NCBI GenBank assembly: GCA_027923505.1
Contig: BROI01000002.1
Span: 2,728,001-2,775,980 of the forward strand
Source of the DNA: Mayamaea pseudoterrestris
Lineage: Eukaryota
Direction of reading: 5' to 3'
DNA: 47,980 nucleotides
Shown here: positions 22,771 to 34,639 of the stretch, in pieces
Layout: every line of letters starts with the position of its first letter
Position numbering within the stretch: the first letter of the stretch is position 1
Made by a program: the position numbers and the translations under genes
The notes under the pieces: generated by a model
The model's database searches: none
The model's input: only the letters and a program-made list of their open reading frames with translations
What the model was told of the DNA's origin: nothing

Positions 22771-24957
22771 ATGGCGCAATCAAGCAACCCAGACGTTGAA
22801 AATGCTGCCGAGAAGGATGGTTTTCACCGTCCTCGAAGGCCAAATCCAGAGACTCTTGTCTACTTAAAGTCCTTGCCATTGGATGCTGATGCTTCCTCGG
22901 ATGAAGAAATCAAGGCGTACGTCGCAAGTGCCAGCGATGACGCCGAGTTGCCTCCCATTATGGCGGCTGCACTGGCAGCAATAGATGAGATAAAGCACGA
23001 AGTAGCGTCCCTCGCTGGAGATGAAGATGGATCTGAGATTCTGGAAGCTTTGATACGAACTGCCGTGCCATACTCGGAGCAAGCTGCTCGAATTCTTTTG
23101 CAGGGAACAATTGGATATTGTGCACATTTGGCGACCCACCGATACGGATCTCATGTCTTACAAACGTTGCTGCAGTTGGCAGTGATTTCGCGGTCCGACA
23201 AGGATGTTGCGACGGCTGGTGATGCGCCACCTATGTCAGCGAGTGGGGTTCCACCGCTGGCGACGCTTGTCCTCGCCATCCATGAAGAGTTGTTGCCTCA
23301 AGCAACTGAATTGAGAGCACATTTATGTGGCTCGCATGTACTTCGAACGCTAGTGTGTATCATGGCAGGTGTACGTATGAAGGGGCATGGAGGTCAAGCC
23401 ATGAGAAGGGGAAAGCAAAAAAATACGAAGAAGAAGCGCAAGCGAGCACTTCACGCGCATGACGGAGACAGCGATAGGTCGACACAGCTAGAATTGGAGT
23501 ACGAGTTAAGTCCACGCGTCGATGTGGCCATAATGGCAGATGCTTTAAATCAGATGACAGAAGCACTTTCTGGTTCTGAAGTGCAAGCGCCAGGTTTACT
23601 ACAGCAACTCGCGTGTCACCAGTCGGCTGGACCACTGCTCATCATATTGCTTCGTGCACTGACGTACAAGGATGCTCCAAGCAGTTGGAGGAAGAAGCAA
23701 GCTAAAAGGGCGGAGCAGCCTGCATCTCGGTATGGCGACACTTCGTTGGAACCTCAATTTGAACTAGGTTCATCAGGTTACAAGTTGATGGAACGACTTC
23801 TTTGCTGGCAATCCGGAAATGCAGATCAGGCGTGGGCTGGCGATGTTATATACGGGCTTGCTGGAGAGGCAAGAGGTTCGCACGTGCTTGAAGCTATTTT
23901 CAAACTCAGTCCTGATTCTATTTACAAAGAAGTGATGGTTTTGGGCGGATTTGACTCGGCCGAGACGTTGAAGGAATATGTCGAACACGAAGTCAGCAAC
24001 TTTGTTGTGCAAAATCTACTGATGACCATTCGTAGCGAGGACCAAGCCACTTGCATCCTGCGAGCCTTGCTTCCTTTGGTCAGCAACGGCTACGTTATCG
24101 ATCCGTCACACAAGCGTCGTGGCGTTCTCTGGCGTGCAGCGGAGCTTGCGTGCAGATTCAACGCTCTGCAGTCCGACTTCGAGGCTAGTCTGCGGGTCGC
24201 ATTTAGTAAAAAATTTCTCGAGGATTGCGTGACAAATCTCTTGTTTGTAGGAATTGATTCGAAGCATAGGGAAACGTTTGCTCTCGATGCGCCAGGCGCC
24301 CACGTGGTCAACAGTCTCTTAAAGTTTACACCTGATATCGCCCTGCGTGCGTTAACTGGTGCTTTGAAGATGTCCAAAGACGATTTGGAGTCACTTGCAA
24401 AGAATAGTCTCGGGAGCCGATGCATATGGGATGGCATAATGGGAAGAGCTCATGGCGTGCCCGACTTCGCATCAGCGTGTGTCAAGCTGGTGAAGAAGCT
24501 TAGTGGACGGTGGGTAACCATTGCGTCCGATCGTGTGGGGCAGCATGTTGTCATGAACCTTTTCCAATGCCTACCCGCCATGGATGATCGCAAGCGTCTG
24601 GTTGAAGAGCTTTCTGTCGGCAGATCTCGTTTGAACGGTTGTGCCATGGGACGAAATGTCATAGCTGCTTGTTTTGTTCGCGAGTTCAGCATGGACGGCG
24701 AAGAATCTTGGAGTGCACTGGTGAAGAAGATGTTGAGAAATACTGCTTGGGTCGAGGGATTGCAGGAATCTGGCAGCAGGGATGAGAGTAAAAGCGTACC
24801 ACGGACGAAGCGAATATACAAGGATAACTTCGAAGAGCCACGAAAAAGCAAGGCTACTAAGCACACGAAAGACTCTGTGGCGACGATAATGGACGTGATC
24901 AAGCTTCCGACAGACAAGGGGGCTCCAAGACGTGACTCGTACCATGATGCAGAATAA
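22771..24957 (+). CDS. NOP9: Nucleolar protein 9 (Pumilio/PUF-like repeats, 18S rRNA maturation)
   Basis: Repeated GSHVL motifs (ATHRYGSHVLQTL, CGSHVLRTL, GSHVLE), SNFVVQ, GSR and GQHVV; basic NLS-like insert. Confidence 0.85.
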   Translation: MAQSSNPDVENAAEKDGFHRPRRPNPETLVYLKSLPLDADASSDEEIKAYVASASDDAELPPIMAAALAAIDEIKHEVASLAGDEDGSEILEALIRTAVPYSEQAARILLQGTIGYCAHLATHRYGSHVLQTLLQLAVISRSDKDVATAGDAPPMSASGVPPLATLVLAIHEELLPQATELRAHLCGSHVLRTLVCIMAGVRMKGHGGQAMRRGKQKNTKKKRKRALHAHDGDSDRSTQLELEYELSPRVDVAIMADALNQMTEALSGSEVQAPGLLQQLACHQSAGPLLIILLRALTYKDAPSSWRKKQAKRAEQPASRYGDTSLEPQFELGSSGYKLMERLLCWQSGNADQAWAGDVIYGLAGEARGSHVLEAIFKLSPDSIYKEVMVLGGFDSAETLKEYVEHEVSNFVVQNLLMTIRSEDQATCILRALLPLVSNGYVIDPSHKRRGVLWRAAELACRFNALQSDFEASLRVAFSKKFLEDCVTNLLFVGIDSKHRETFALDAPGAHVVNSLLKFTPDIALRALTGALKMSKDDLESLAKNSLGSRCIWDGIMGRAHGVPDFASACVKLVKKLSGRWVTIASDRVGQHVVMNLFQCLPAMDDRKRLVEELSVGRSRLNGCAMGRNVIAACFVREFSMDGEESWSALVKKMLRNTAWVEGLQESGSRDESKSVPRTKRIYKDNFEEPRKSKATKHTKDSVATIMDVIKLPTDKGAPRRDSYHDAE

Positions 24958-25076
24958 ATTGGCAACGACTGAGTGACCTTTAAATAATGTAAGATGACCA
25001 TTTGGTGCGATCCATAATCAGAATGCTTTAGAGACTATCTTAGTTAGTTATTAAGCGTCAATCGACTTTATTTTCT

Positions 25077-26493
25077 TTATGGAATTTGGTACACTTGTTC
25101 GATTTGCGCAGTCTTCATAAGGACAGAGCCGTCGCGTTTCTCCTCACTCCTGCGTCGTGAAATGTTGTAGGTAATGCGACAGTTGTACAAACGCGAGTTC
25201 TCCTTAGTCCGTAACATTTCCAATTGGCCTTCAACGCGAGTCGTTTCTCCCTTGAGCAAAGGATAACTGGCAGGAAAGTAAAACATTTGCTGTCCCCAGT
25301 GTGTGTATCCATCATCTGGTCCGGTAGACAAGAATGCAGGATGAAGAAGCTTCGGTGCGTCCACGCCAGCGGCATCCGTTCGACTTTTGAAATCAGTTGT
25401 AAACCAACCAGCAATACCACTTATTGGTCCGCGCACGACGTCTCCATCGACATCGAAATCAAACTTGGCGTTTTCTTCGTCCGCAAAGACGCCCTTGGCG
25501 TCCTGCAGCGTGCATGTTGTCATGTCCAGATGCTTAATCATAGCAGGCTCGGCAAGCATGGCATCTGATGATAGCTCTCGCCATCGACTGCTCAATAAAT
25601 AATACTCTTTTTGCTCGCGCTCATAACTCTTGGTCAATATATCCATGTCAACTCCATACACTTGACTCGTCGTTTGCGTAAAATCGTTCCAATCGGCCAC
25701 GGCACCGGAAAACTCATTCTGGTTCGCTTTACGCTCTTCCTCGTCGTATATTGGAGCAACATACATGGTCGAATGGGAAGGAAACATGAGGCCAGTTCCC
25801 TTTTTAAGAAACTTGTCTCTGGCGCGGATGACAGAATCCAACATGCTTTCGCGGAGCAAAAAGTAGCCCATCCACTCGCTCACAATAATGTCAACGCAGA
25901 GAGTCGTTCCTTCCTCCTCGACAACCAATTGGTCCTGCTCAATCGGTAGCTCGATCTTTTCCACTGCACCTTGAATTACAGTGACAATATGATCCACCTT
26001 GTTTGCCTTCATGACTTGCTCGGCATGCTTGGCAATGTCCGTGTACTCAATGGCATAGACCTTTTTCGCTCCCGCCTGGGCAGCCCAGACTGCTAGAATG
26101 CCGGATCCTGTTCCAATATCCATGACAACCTTATCGCGAAAAACGTCCTGGTTGCCGAGAATGGCAGCATGGTAGGCGGCCATGCGATTGTGGTCGGCAA
26201 GCATTTGCTTCTGATGGTAAAGCTGCGCGTAGCTGCAAAAGTAGTTTGCGAAATCGGACGCTTGTGCCTATGAACATGAAAATGATGATGAGATGTGACA
26301 AGTAATAGACGGCAGCCATGAAAGAACGTGCTGCTGTAGGCTGGCAAAGAACAATTTTCGTATCTGCACTCTGCATTAGTAACGCCTATAAACGTCACAA
26401 GCATACCTGAGCATCCCCATTAAAGGACGGTATTTCACCATCTTTACTGGCATTGACAAAGGCCGGTGCTGCTACCTCGGATTCGCTCGCCAT
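25077..26493 (-). CDS. Type I protein arginine N-methyltransferase (plant PRMT10-like); intron 26268-26406
   Basis: DFANYFCSYAQLYHQKQML, VMDIGTGSGIL, SEWMGYFLLRESM (double-E loop) and THW motif. Confidence 0.93.
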
Positions 26494-26743
26494 GGTTACA
26501 AGGAGACAAGGATTGGCTCGAGGAAAAATGCGAAAATGTATGGCGCTGCACGCGAACGAGCGATCAATGAGTACCGGTCAGACGGTTTTCCACCGCTGCG
26601 ACATTTTGGGCTGGTCGATCAAAAGGCACTGCCTCGAGGTGCGGCATGCACGCATGAATCAATAGGACTTGTGACCTTCCAAGCAACAACTTTATAGCCT
26701 CCTGATACAAGCCATCCCACCCTCGATACACAGACAATAGGCC

Positions 26744-29665
26744 ATGGGCTTTGAAGTGTATCAAATTGTATCAGACGAGAAGCATTTTTCTCCGTTTGTA
26801 TGCCAATTGTGCGAGTGTCTTTGCTCGCTCGATGCCCTCGTCACGGACGCTTGCTCGCACCCGTTTTGTCGATCCTGCTTGGAGTCTCATGTTGCATCAT
26901 GTAGTCAATGTCCGACGTGTCAGCAATCTATCATTCTGACTGAATCAAGTAACGGAGAGGAGACGATAAGAAGCGCTCGATACATCATGCTCGGTTCTTC
27001 AGCGACCATGGCCCATCCAATTAAAACGGCTCAACCATTGGCGTATCAACTTCTCTGCGCGGTCCAAGTTGCATGTATCATACAATCAAGCAAGACGGAG
27101 GCTTTAAAAGCGGACAAGGAAGTCACGATGATTCACACGTGCGAATGGATTGGCGATTACGCGCACTTTCATGAGCACATTTCTGAACATCACAATCATT
27201 CTTCTGCATCCGATACAGCTCTAGCTAAGATTCCCGTCAAGACTTCGCAGCAATTAACATCTTTTCTACCTGAACAGAATAGCAAAGTAAAGACTCGCCC
27301 GACAATGAAGGGACTGCGAAGTCTATCGACTCCATCCGTTTGGTCTGGCGAAGTCAGCGAAAGTACCCTCGAATTTACAATGTCAACAGAAGCCACTCCC
27401 ACCATGCCATATCGGGGTGACGACTCATCTGCCTCCAAGGATGATTCTGCGATTGATATGCTTTCGCCGCGTGCAAAATTCCGACGATCCAAGAGTTTGA
27501 AAGACATGGGCATGACAAAAACAATATCAATTGACGAGCTTCGACTCAATACGCCGCCCAAGCCACAAGTAACGAATGCAACAAGTAGAACGCCACCAAA
27601 ATCACTTGGATGCGACGCAACAACGTCTCGAGACACACCGCCAGCCATGGTGCATCGAAAAATATCGGGTGATGGCATGGTCAAGGGTCCGCCGCCGCAA
27701 CCACAACCAAAAGTAACAACTACTATCATTCCAGTGGCAGATGAAACGTTTAAAGGTGGAGTAGGAGGAGGAAGTAAATCAAAGCTTTTACATGGGTCGC
27801 CGTCATATTCGGGCCCAAAAAGATCAAAACGACCACTCACTCCATCAGCAAGCGCTGCGGCTGCTCCATCCAGTACAAACAATGGTGATTCAGACCTTGA
27901 AGTCTCGTACAGTCACGCCCTTGACTGGAACATGTCCATTAACAATTTTGGCGGTGGCTTTAACAATAATAACAGCACTAGCGACGTGAATGAAAACGCA
28001 ACGACCCGAAAGCAACCTGCCATGGATACACTTTTGGAAGACGAGGAAAAGACTGACTTTCAACTGGAGTTTGAACCAGAGGATTCGAATGGCATTGGTA
28101 GCGAACAATCTACGCGTCGCATATTCGACAAGGCTGAAAAACTAAAGAAGCAGGCAAACGCAAAGTTCAACAAGGGTGATTTTTCGGCGGCGCGAACCCT
28201 GTACACGGTCGGCATTAACGTGATGCAAACCATGACGGCTGTCAGCCAGGAGGAGCGAGAGTTGCTTTCGGGCATGCACTCGAATCGAGGCGTGACATAT
28301 TTTCGAGAAAAGAAGTTCCAAAGTTGCATTGAAGATTGTGAGCATGCCATACGCTACGATTCCACCTACGATAAATCATGGATTCGAAAGTGGAGGGCAC
28401 ACATGGCGCTTGGTGATTTTGACGGAGCGTACCACTGTTTGGAAAAGGCCAACCGACTTATACCAGCTTCGAAAAAGATTCAGGAGGAGCTTGCAAACTG
28501 TCAACAGGACAAGGAACTGCTGATGACGGCGCGGCAATTTTTGATGAAGAAGGATTACGAGCAAATTCGCGAGGTCCTCCGACCACATGCTACGTCATCG
28601 GACAATATATCGTTACTCTTCTTGGCAGCGCGGGCAGATGCGTATCTGGGTCACACCGAAGCAGCTTTGGAGAAGATTAATAAAGCGCTTCGCTTCAATC
28701 CCATGCATGCCGAAGGTCTTGAACTTCGAGGTCATACTCTGTTTCTCGCTGGCGAAACCGAGAAGGGAGCTCATTTGTTACAGGAGGCCTTAAATATCAA
28801 CAAGGACAGCAAACTTATCAACAAGGAGCTGAGCCGTTGTCAAAAGACGCATACGTCGTTTCAAAAAGGCCGGGCGTCGGTCAAGCGGGGACGGTACGCT
28901 GAAGCAGTGGAGCACTTTGCGCAAGCGATCAAAGACAGCGGAAACGTGCCGCCACAGACGCCATTGTTTGGATCATTGCGCATTGAACGAGCCGAAGCTT
29001 ATTTGCTCTGCAACAGATACGTTGACGCCTGCAAAGATTGCCAGGAGGTTATCAATTCGCAACCAGAGCATGCGACAGCATGGAGCGTTCGGGCCGACAT
29101 TTTGGTTGCTCTAGGAGAACCGGAGCAGGCGAAGAAGGAGTTGAAGAAGATACGAAAATCATGGGGCTTTGACAACCCAACAATTGGCGAAGCTTTCAAA
29201 CGTGTTGATTTCGAGCTCCGCGTAAGGAAGGCCGATGATGAACTGGAAACGTTTCTAGCGGATCTCGAGTCTGGCCGAGCCGAGCCAATCTTTGCTGAAG
29301 ATGATCGGAAAACAAAGCGAAAGGAAGGGCACCGCAGAAACAATCGGTCTTCCAGCTCATTTGGATTTGAAGACGACATTGACTTAAAGAATAGGGACAA
29401 GAAGCGCAACACGACGAGGAGATCATTAAGCAGAAACCGCTCCGGGTCAAGAAATGAGTCGGATAATGAGCTTCTTCCGGAAAAGCCACGTTCACAAAGT
29501 GCCAGACGAAGTGAGATACAGAAACGCAGCAGCTTCGTCCCACCTCCATCGATAGAGGATTTGACCAGTGGTGACGATACGCCCGTGCCTGAACGACGAT
29601 CGAGTACGAATGATCACGAGCCCTCGCGAAGTTCAAAACGTGAACCAAGTCGAAGACGAAGCTAA
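26744..29665 (+). CDS. RING/zinc-finger plus TPR-repeat protein (DNAJC7-like TPR array, no J domain seen)
   Basis: C3HC4 RING (CQLC...CSHPFCRSC...CPTC), TRAF-like C...CEW.G...H..EH, long S/T/P-rich linker, then multiple TPRs (AEKLKKQANAKF, HSNRG, LRIERAEAY). Confidence 0.85.
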   Translation: MGFEVYQIVSDEKHFSPFVCQLCECLCSLDALVTDACSHPFCRSCLESHVASCSQCPTCQQSIILTESSNGEETIRSARYIMLGSSATMAHPIKTAQPLAYQLLCAVQVACIIQSSKTEALKADKEVTMIHTCEWIGDYAHFHEHISEHHNHSSASDTALAKIPVKTSQQLTSFLPEQNSKVKTRPTMKGLRSLSTPSVWSGEVSESTLEFTMSTEATPTMPYRGDDSSASKDDSAIDMLSPRAKFRRSKSLKDMGMTKTISIDELRLNTPPKPQVTNATSRTPPKSLGCDATTSRDTPPAMVHRKISGDGMVKGPPPQPQPKVTTTIIPVADETFKGGVGGGSKSKLLHGSPSYSGPKRSKRPLTPSASAAAAPSSTNNGDSDLEVSYSHALDWNMSINNFGGGFNNNNSTSDVNENATTRKQPAMDTLLEDEEKTDFQLEFEPEDSNGIGSEQSTRRIFDKAEKLKKQANAKFNKGDFSAARTLYTVGINVMQTMTAVSQEERELLSGMHSNRGVTYFREKKFQSCIEDCEHAIRYDSTYDKSWIRKWRAHMALGDFDGAYHCLEKANRLIPASKKIQEELANCQQDKELLMTARQFLMKKDYEQIREVLRPHATSSDNISLLFLAARADAYLGHTEAALEKINKALRFNPMHAEGLELRGHTLFLAGETEKGAHLLQEALNINKDSKLINKELSRCQKTHTSFQKGRASVKRGRYAEAVEHFAQAIKDSGNVPPQTPLFGSLRIERAEAYLLCNRYVDACKDCQEVINSQPEHATAWSVRADILVALGEPEQAKKELKKIRKSWGFDNPTIGEAFKRVDFELRVRKADDELETFLADLESGRAEPIFAEDDRKTKRKEGHRRNNRSSSSFGFEDDIDLKNRDKKRNTTRRSLSRNRSGSRNESDNELLPEKPRSQSARRSEIQKRSSFVPPPSIEDLTSGDDTPVPERRSSTNDHEPSRSSKREPSRRRS

Positions 29666-29728
29666 TGAGATAGGTGTAATTGTAATGAATGCACTCTAAT
29701 TAGCTATTTCTTTGATAACTTAGCTGCG

Positions 29729-31303
29729 CTAGCGCGTGTTGCTGGGATCATCATACACAGAGTATGGCTTGTTAAGATTGGCTGTCCCATTGCATGCCCT
29801 CTCTTTTATATACACAAGCGCCTCGTTAACTTTAGCTGTCATGGCGCAGACCATAAAGGCCTGTCGACGTGCCTCTTGTAGACTCGAAAAAGGCGTATGT
29901 TCCTCCTGGTACGTATCGCGATCTCGACCATTCGCCAAGGGCACGTTGACAGTAAAGTTGTACCTTGGATACGAGTACACGTCTATCGCAGGCGGAAAAA
30001 TGAGGGCTTTGTCGCAATCCATTATATTCTTTTTTAAGCGGTATTTGCTGAAGAAATTCTGTCGAAAATTATGCAAATCTTAGAATGGTATGTACCCCCA
30101 TAAGTTACAATACTGGTAGTGCATTTCGTGAACACATGCAGCACAATGAACGACACACCGATTCGTTCTTACCTTTCCAATCATGTAGCGACTACAGTAA
30201 TGTAAAGCAATCGGCATTGGAGCCGACTCTGGAACGTTGCAAAGCTCTTTGTCGGTAAGAGCATCAATGAACGGCCAGCCTTCTCGTTTCGGCCCAGCAG
30301 TGGGGTCTGAAATTACAATGGATCGAATAAACGTAAACGGGAGGTTCAGTTCCACACCGGCAAAAATGAGAGCATACATTTCCGCAAACAATTTTGGATA
30401 CACTTGCAATACATTGGGCAGCCACAAGGTCCACTTTAAAGTGAGTTGATAAAAGTCCTTGACCGTGGCCAGATATGGAGGCCCACTGTTCCAGTGCAGG
30501 GGTCCGTCCCGATCAAAAGGCTTGGTAAAATTTAATGGCAGTGACATCCATTGGTTCGTCAAGTAGCCATCGTGCTGTGCAATTGGATAGCCGTGTTTAA
30601 CCATTCTGGTAACTGGTTCATTCTCCACCCAAAGTACATGTTCGTCCGTAAAGTCGTGCTGCAGTGGTCGCAGCAGAATCATGTCAGGATCCATGAGAAT
30701 GACAATGCCATCCAATAATTCGCCAGAAGCTGCTAAAATATTGCTTGTAGAATTTAGTCCTAGAGCATGTTCGAACCAGTGCAAGAGTCCATAGGGTTTG
30801 TTTGAGTACTTGTAGGGTGCACCTTCCGCAAGGTGAAGCTTGGAGTAGGACGGAGTAAAGTGAACGTGAAAATCTCCCATTGGCTCGATGTACCTTTCGT
30901 AAAAATCTCGTTGCTCCTTTTCTTCAAAGTCTTTGCAGCCAGATAAAATTCTTGTGACTGATCCAGGTTGTTTGACTTGCATGGCGTGAAAGAAAAAGAC
31001 AAAGCTCTCCCAGTCTTGTTGTGGGCTGCAGCTCGTGGAAAAGACAGTGTAGTAGTGCGGAATTTTTGTGCTTGTCTTGTTTCGTAAGGTTTCAAGGTGG
31101 ATTTGGTCTTTGGCTAGTGGTCGAGTTACAGTCGTTGGTTTTTGTTTGACGAATTCGTGCCTGGTAGGCAGCACTTGCGAATGTACATCAGTTAGATCGG
31201 CTTGCGGAAGTAGTGAGTATTGCACAAATGCACAAATGAAGCAGCCAGCAACTATGACGACTCCGACAACCCCTCTTCCTGCATTGCTATGTTGTTTTCC
31301 CAT
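29729..31303 (-). CDS. Type II membrane glycosyltransferase, hydroxyproline arabinosyltransferase / peptidyl-serine galactosyltransferase-like; intron 30059-30172
   Basis: N-terminal TM, VFSTSC..QDW, VTRILSGC, NKPYGLLHW, DxD (DPDM), AEMY, HYC and FSKY motifs. Confidence 0.75.
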
Positions 31304-31576
31304 GGCTAAAGGTTCTATGAGATGGCATGATGATGCAAGTAGTGTAACTGAGGTGCGTTAGATGAACCGATTGTGGTCACGTTTCGTCGTCGCTTCGCAT
31401 TCATATCGTCGGAGCGGTTTTAAACGTCGTACCGGTTCTCTTTACACGATTCTCGTCCTCGCTTTCCATCGATCACACACCACTACAACGAACATGGAAC
31501 AATATGGGACTACGGTGGCCAAATAGCAATCAGTACAAGTAAGCTTATTTAGTGCATCTTCGATACTCAAGAAAGA

Positions 31577-34500
31577 ATGGAGCCATTGGATGACGGAGAA
31601 TGGGAATCGCTCGGAGAGCAGCCCAGCACGATTGGACCAGCAGACCGGCCATTGCAGTCTGCTGCCGAATCAACAATGAATACAGACAGAAACCATATGA
31701 TCGAAGAAACGAGCGCGAGCGACGAGTGCCAGAACGAAGTATCGACGGCAATAATGCTTGCAGCTGGGCCTCATAGGACGGCCACTTTAACGAACGATAA
31801 TGAATCGCGCATTCTTGCTGTCAGTCAACGATTGGAGAGCAAACGGCAACTCAAGGACAAGCTGATGAAGCATCCGCTGCATTTATTATGGAGCCGATTT
31901 CTCAGATATTTGGTGAATGAAATATGGGATCTTGATGCGAGAATCAGACTGGCTTTGATATTGATACTGCTGGGGTTGGTTACCAAGGTTTTACTCCTTT
32001 CGACGGCGTTCCTTTGGTATCCTCGTCTCTTTGTTGTGCCAGCTTTGATTTTGGTACCATTCTTTTACTTGAACCCGTCATACGTACCAGTCAAGCTGGA
32101 GCGAGCTTTCCATGCGTTGCAGAATCCTTTAAAGCTCGCCGACGCACTCGGCGATTTCGATCCGTCGGCTCTGCGAAAAGTTGTTTGCCTTTGCCTGTTT
32201 ATCCCCACTCTCCTTGAAGTACGAACTATTCAGTTCTTGTCGCAGATTCGGGTTGAAGCTTCATGGGGCTTCATTTATCACTTAACAATCTCAGGTTTGA
32301 TTGCTGCTGTCATGGGCGCGGCCTATATCAAGTTGGACAAGTCACCGCGAGAATGTACGCATATTGGACTCGTTTGTTTGTACGGATCGGCCCTATTTGT
32401 GGTGACAATCATTCAGTTTGATATCTGGAAGATTCCGGTGCTCGTCGCTCCGTTCTTTGTGGCAACTGGTATTTTATTGCTGCACAGTGTCGATGATAGT
32501 TATGAATGGTGCAGTCAAGCCATTCATAACGCTTTGCGCATGTCACTGCGAGATGCTCTTGCTTCCGTCAGCGAGTCGATATCACAGGATGAGATGCTGC
32601 AGCTTGCCATGCTGCGGTGGCTGGTTGATTATTGGGGAAGTACGCAGCAGCAATCTGCAGAGTCGACTGCTGGTCCATCGACAGCAACCCCCGCACCGCG
32701 CACATCCAATGCATCCCGTCGAAACATGTCTCTTGTGGCGGTGCCACCGGAACGACAACTTACTTGGAATGAACTTCTTCCAATGCTTACCGTGACGTCG
32801 GAGCAAATTCGAACTGAAGTTGATATACTTCAAAATGGCCGTGCCGGCAGTGAGTCGATTCACGAACCGGGAGATCAGCGCAGCGAGAGTCTTGTTGTTC
32901 ACGAAAGCAGCAATCAACATCAGCAGTACACATCCTCTATGCCAGCATCGTCTTCATCTTCTCCTTCACCGGGATCTGTGAGTGACTTTCAGACCATGTT
33001 GGCGTCAATGGATTTGGATGCGCATGCCAAGCCTGCCGTCATGGCATACAAAAAGGCGGTCGAGAGCTTTCCACCGTCCCGTGAAATGGCTGTTTTGCTG
33101 TCTGTTGCTCGACGATGCCCAGCACTTCTTGCTTTACTATGGGAACTCATTTTTGCGCAGTCTGGAAGTTTTGTCTCGACAGTGGCTCTACTTCCGTTTA
33201 TTGCCTTTGAACTATTTCGCTGTAAGAATTGGAGCGAATCTTGCAAGCGCGCTGCTAATAAGCCAGAAATAAACACTGGCGGCCTTGGCTTTGGAGCTGA
33301 AGCTCTGTTCCTTGAAAATGTAGATCCAATGGTGATACTATTAAGTACCGATAAGCTCTCTTTGCACCGACCCCCGACTCTGCTTGGTGTGTGGATGAAT
33401 GTTGTCTCGTCCGTCGCTGCGCTTGAAATGGGGCTCATTGCTGCTCGATGTGTCCAGACAACGACTGCCGCAATCGACTTTGCACAAAACATCATGTCTT
33501 TGGCGGAGTTTGGATACCAAGTGGCGTCGCACGGATGGATGCATGGCGCTGGCGTTATTGCGAAGGAACTAATCATACAGCGTGCTCGAGCAGCGCGAGA
33601 GCCGAACATGCACGAAACCAAATACACTAGCGCGGCAATCCGAGCAGTTGAAAATAGCCGCAAAGTGACCAAGAACCTACAAATTTTGATGGAGGAGGAA
33701 AATGCTAGTCACTTTCTGCCTCCAGTTTTTGGCTTTGTATCTGTTGCAGTTGGCCGAGGCTGGTTGTGGGGAAGGGAGGAAAATGTTCCGGTATCTACTC
33801 ATACACAGTCGACAGTTGTCATTGAAGAGCTTGATAGCAGTAACACGGAAGCTACTGATGTTTCTAACAATATTCTTGATGCAAGGGACGATAGTACGAT
33901 TATACCCCCTCGTATCCAATCCACCGTTTTGCACGAAGAAATGGTTATCAGTGCTTCCAAAAGTCCTGAGAGTTCCAATGGCCGTGCTGTTGAAGGCATT
34001 TGTGCACTGGATCAGAAGCTTGTGTCCGAAATTATGGACTTGATTGCAGCTGCATCATCGCGGCAGTTAATTGACCAAGTCGAGAAGAACGATTTGTGCG
34101 AGAGGCTCTCGAAGTTAAAATCGGAGGGTCTGTCTGAAAGAGGTTGGCTTGAGGCCACAAAAAGAACTTTGGAGGGTCTCATTTTGATTGACGAACGCGC
34201 CGGGATGCTGGCGATGGACAACAATTGCATGGGGGGCGAATCGACGGAGGAGACACGCAATCCGCATGGTGACGCCTGTGTGCCGAGCTTATCGGACGAT
34301 CAGGCAGCACTGGAGAGTGAACGCTGCACAAACGGGCGTACTGAAGAAATGTACGAGCCGATCAATAATAGCCATGAGTCCGGATTAATGTCTCAAGTTG
34401 TCGATATCGACTCAGAATCTGTTATTCCACCGGTGCCGTCAACAGGCTTCCAGCAGGGTTTTTCAGGCGAGTCACAAGCTAGTGGAGATAACATTTGGAT

Positions 34501-34639
34501 GCAGCTTGGAGGCGGACTTGCTGTGGTTGGAGCTGTTGTGGGGATGGCTGCTGTTGCAATGCAAAGTAACAACAATAGCGACGGCCGCCGCAGTCGAGAA
34601 CGGCATCGCCGTGACGAACATTTTCAGCCGAGCCAGTAG
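31577..34639 (+). CDS. Hypothetical multi-pass membrane protein (1020 aa)
   Basis: Long uninterrupted ORF with several hydrophobic helices and a C-terminal GGGLAVVGAVVG anchor. No family recognised. Confidence 0.8.
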   Translation: MEPLDDGEWESLGEQPSTIGPADRPLQSAAESTMNTDRNHMIEETSASDECQNEVSTAIMLAAGPHRTATLTNDNESRILAVSQRLESKRQLKDKLMKHPLHLLWSRFLRYLVNEIWDLDARIRLALILILLGLVTKVLLLSTAFLWYPRLFVVPALILVPFFYLNPSYVPVKLERAFHALQNPLKLADALGDFDPSALRKVVCLCLFIPTLLEVRTIQFLSQIRVEASWGFIYHLTISGLIAAVMGAAYIKLDKSPRECTHIGLVCLYGSALFVVTIIQFDIWKIPVLVAPFFVATGILLLHSVDDSYEWCSQAIHNALRMSLRDALASVSESISQDEMLQLAMLRWLVDYWGSTQQQSAESTAGPSTATPAPRTSNASRRNMSLVAVPPERQLTWNELLPMLTVTSEQIRTEVDILQNGRAGSESIHEPGDQRSESLVVHESSNQHQQYTSSMPASSSSSPSPGSVSDFQTMLASMDLDAHAKPAVMAYKKAVESFPPSREMAVLLSVARRCPALLALLWELIFAQSGSFVSTVALLPFIAFELFRCKNWSESCKRAANKPEINTGGLGFGAEALFLENVDPMVILLSTDKLSLHRPPTLLGVWMNVVSSVAALEMGLIAARCVQTTTAAIDFAQNIMSLAEFGYQVASHGWMHGAGVIAKELIIQRARAAREPNMHETKYTSAAIRAVENSRKVTKNLQILMEEENASHFLPPVFGFVSVAVGRGWLWGREENVPVSTHTQSTVVIEELDSSNTEATDVSNNILDARDDSTIIPPRIQSTVLHEEMVISASKSPESSNGRAVEGICALDQKLVSEIMDLIAAASSRQLIDQVEKNDLCERLSKLKSEGLSERGWLEATKRTLEGLILIDERAGMLAMDNNCMGGESTEETRNPHGDACVPSLSDDQAALESERCTNGRTEEMYEPINNSHESGLMSQVVDIDSESVIPPVPSTGFQQGFSGESQASGDNIWMQLGGGLAVVGAVVGMAAVAMQSNNNSDGRRSRERHRRDEHFQPSQ

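Noticed and set aside
26268..26406. Slightly long PRMT intron as a possible snoRNA host
   Set aside because: No convincing C/D or H/ACA box arrangement or rRNA complement on the sense strand.
15787..26493. Apparent ribosome-biogenesis cluster (ABCE1, snoRNA, NOP9, PRMT)
   Set aside because: Interspersed with unrelated genes on both strands; compatible with chance in a compact genome.
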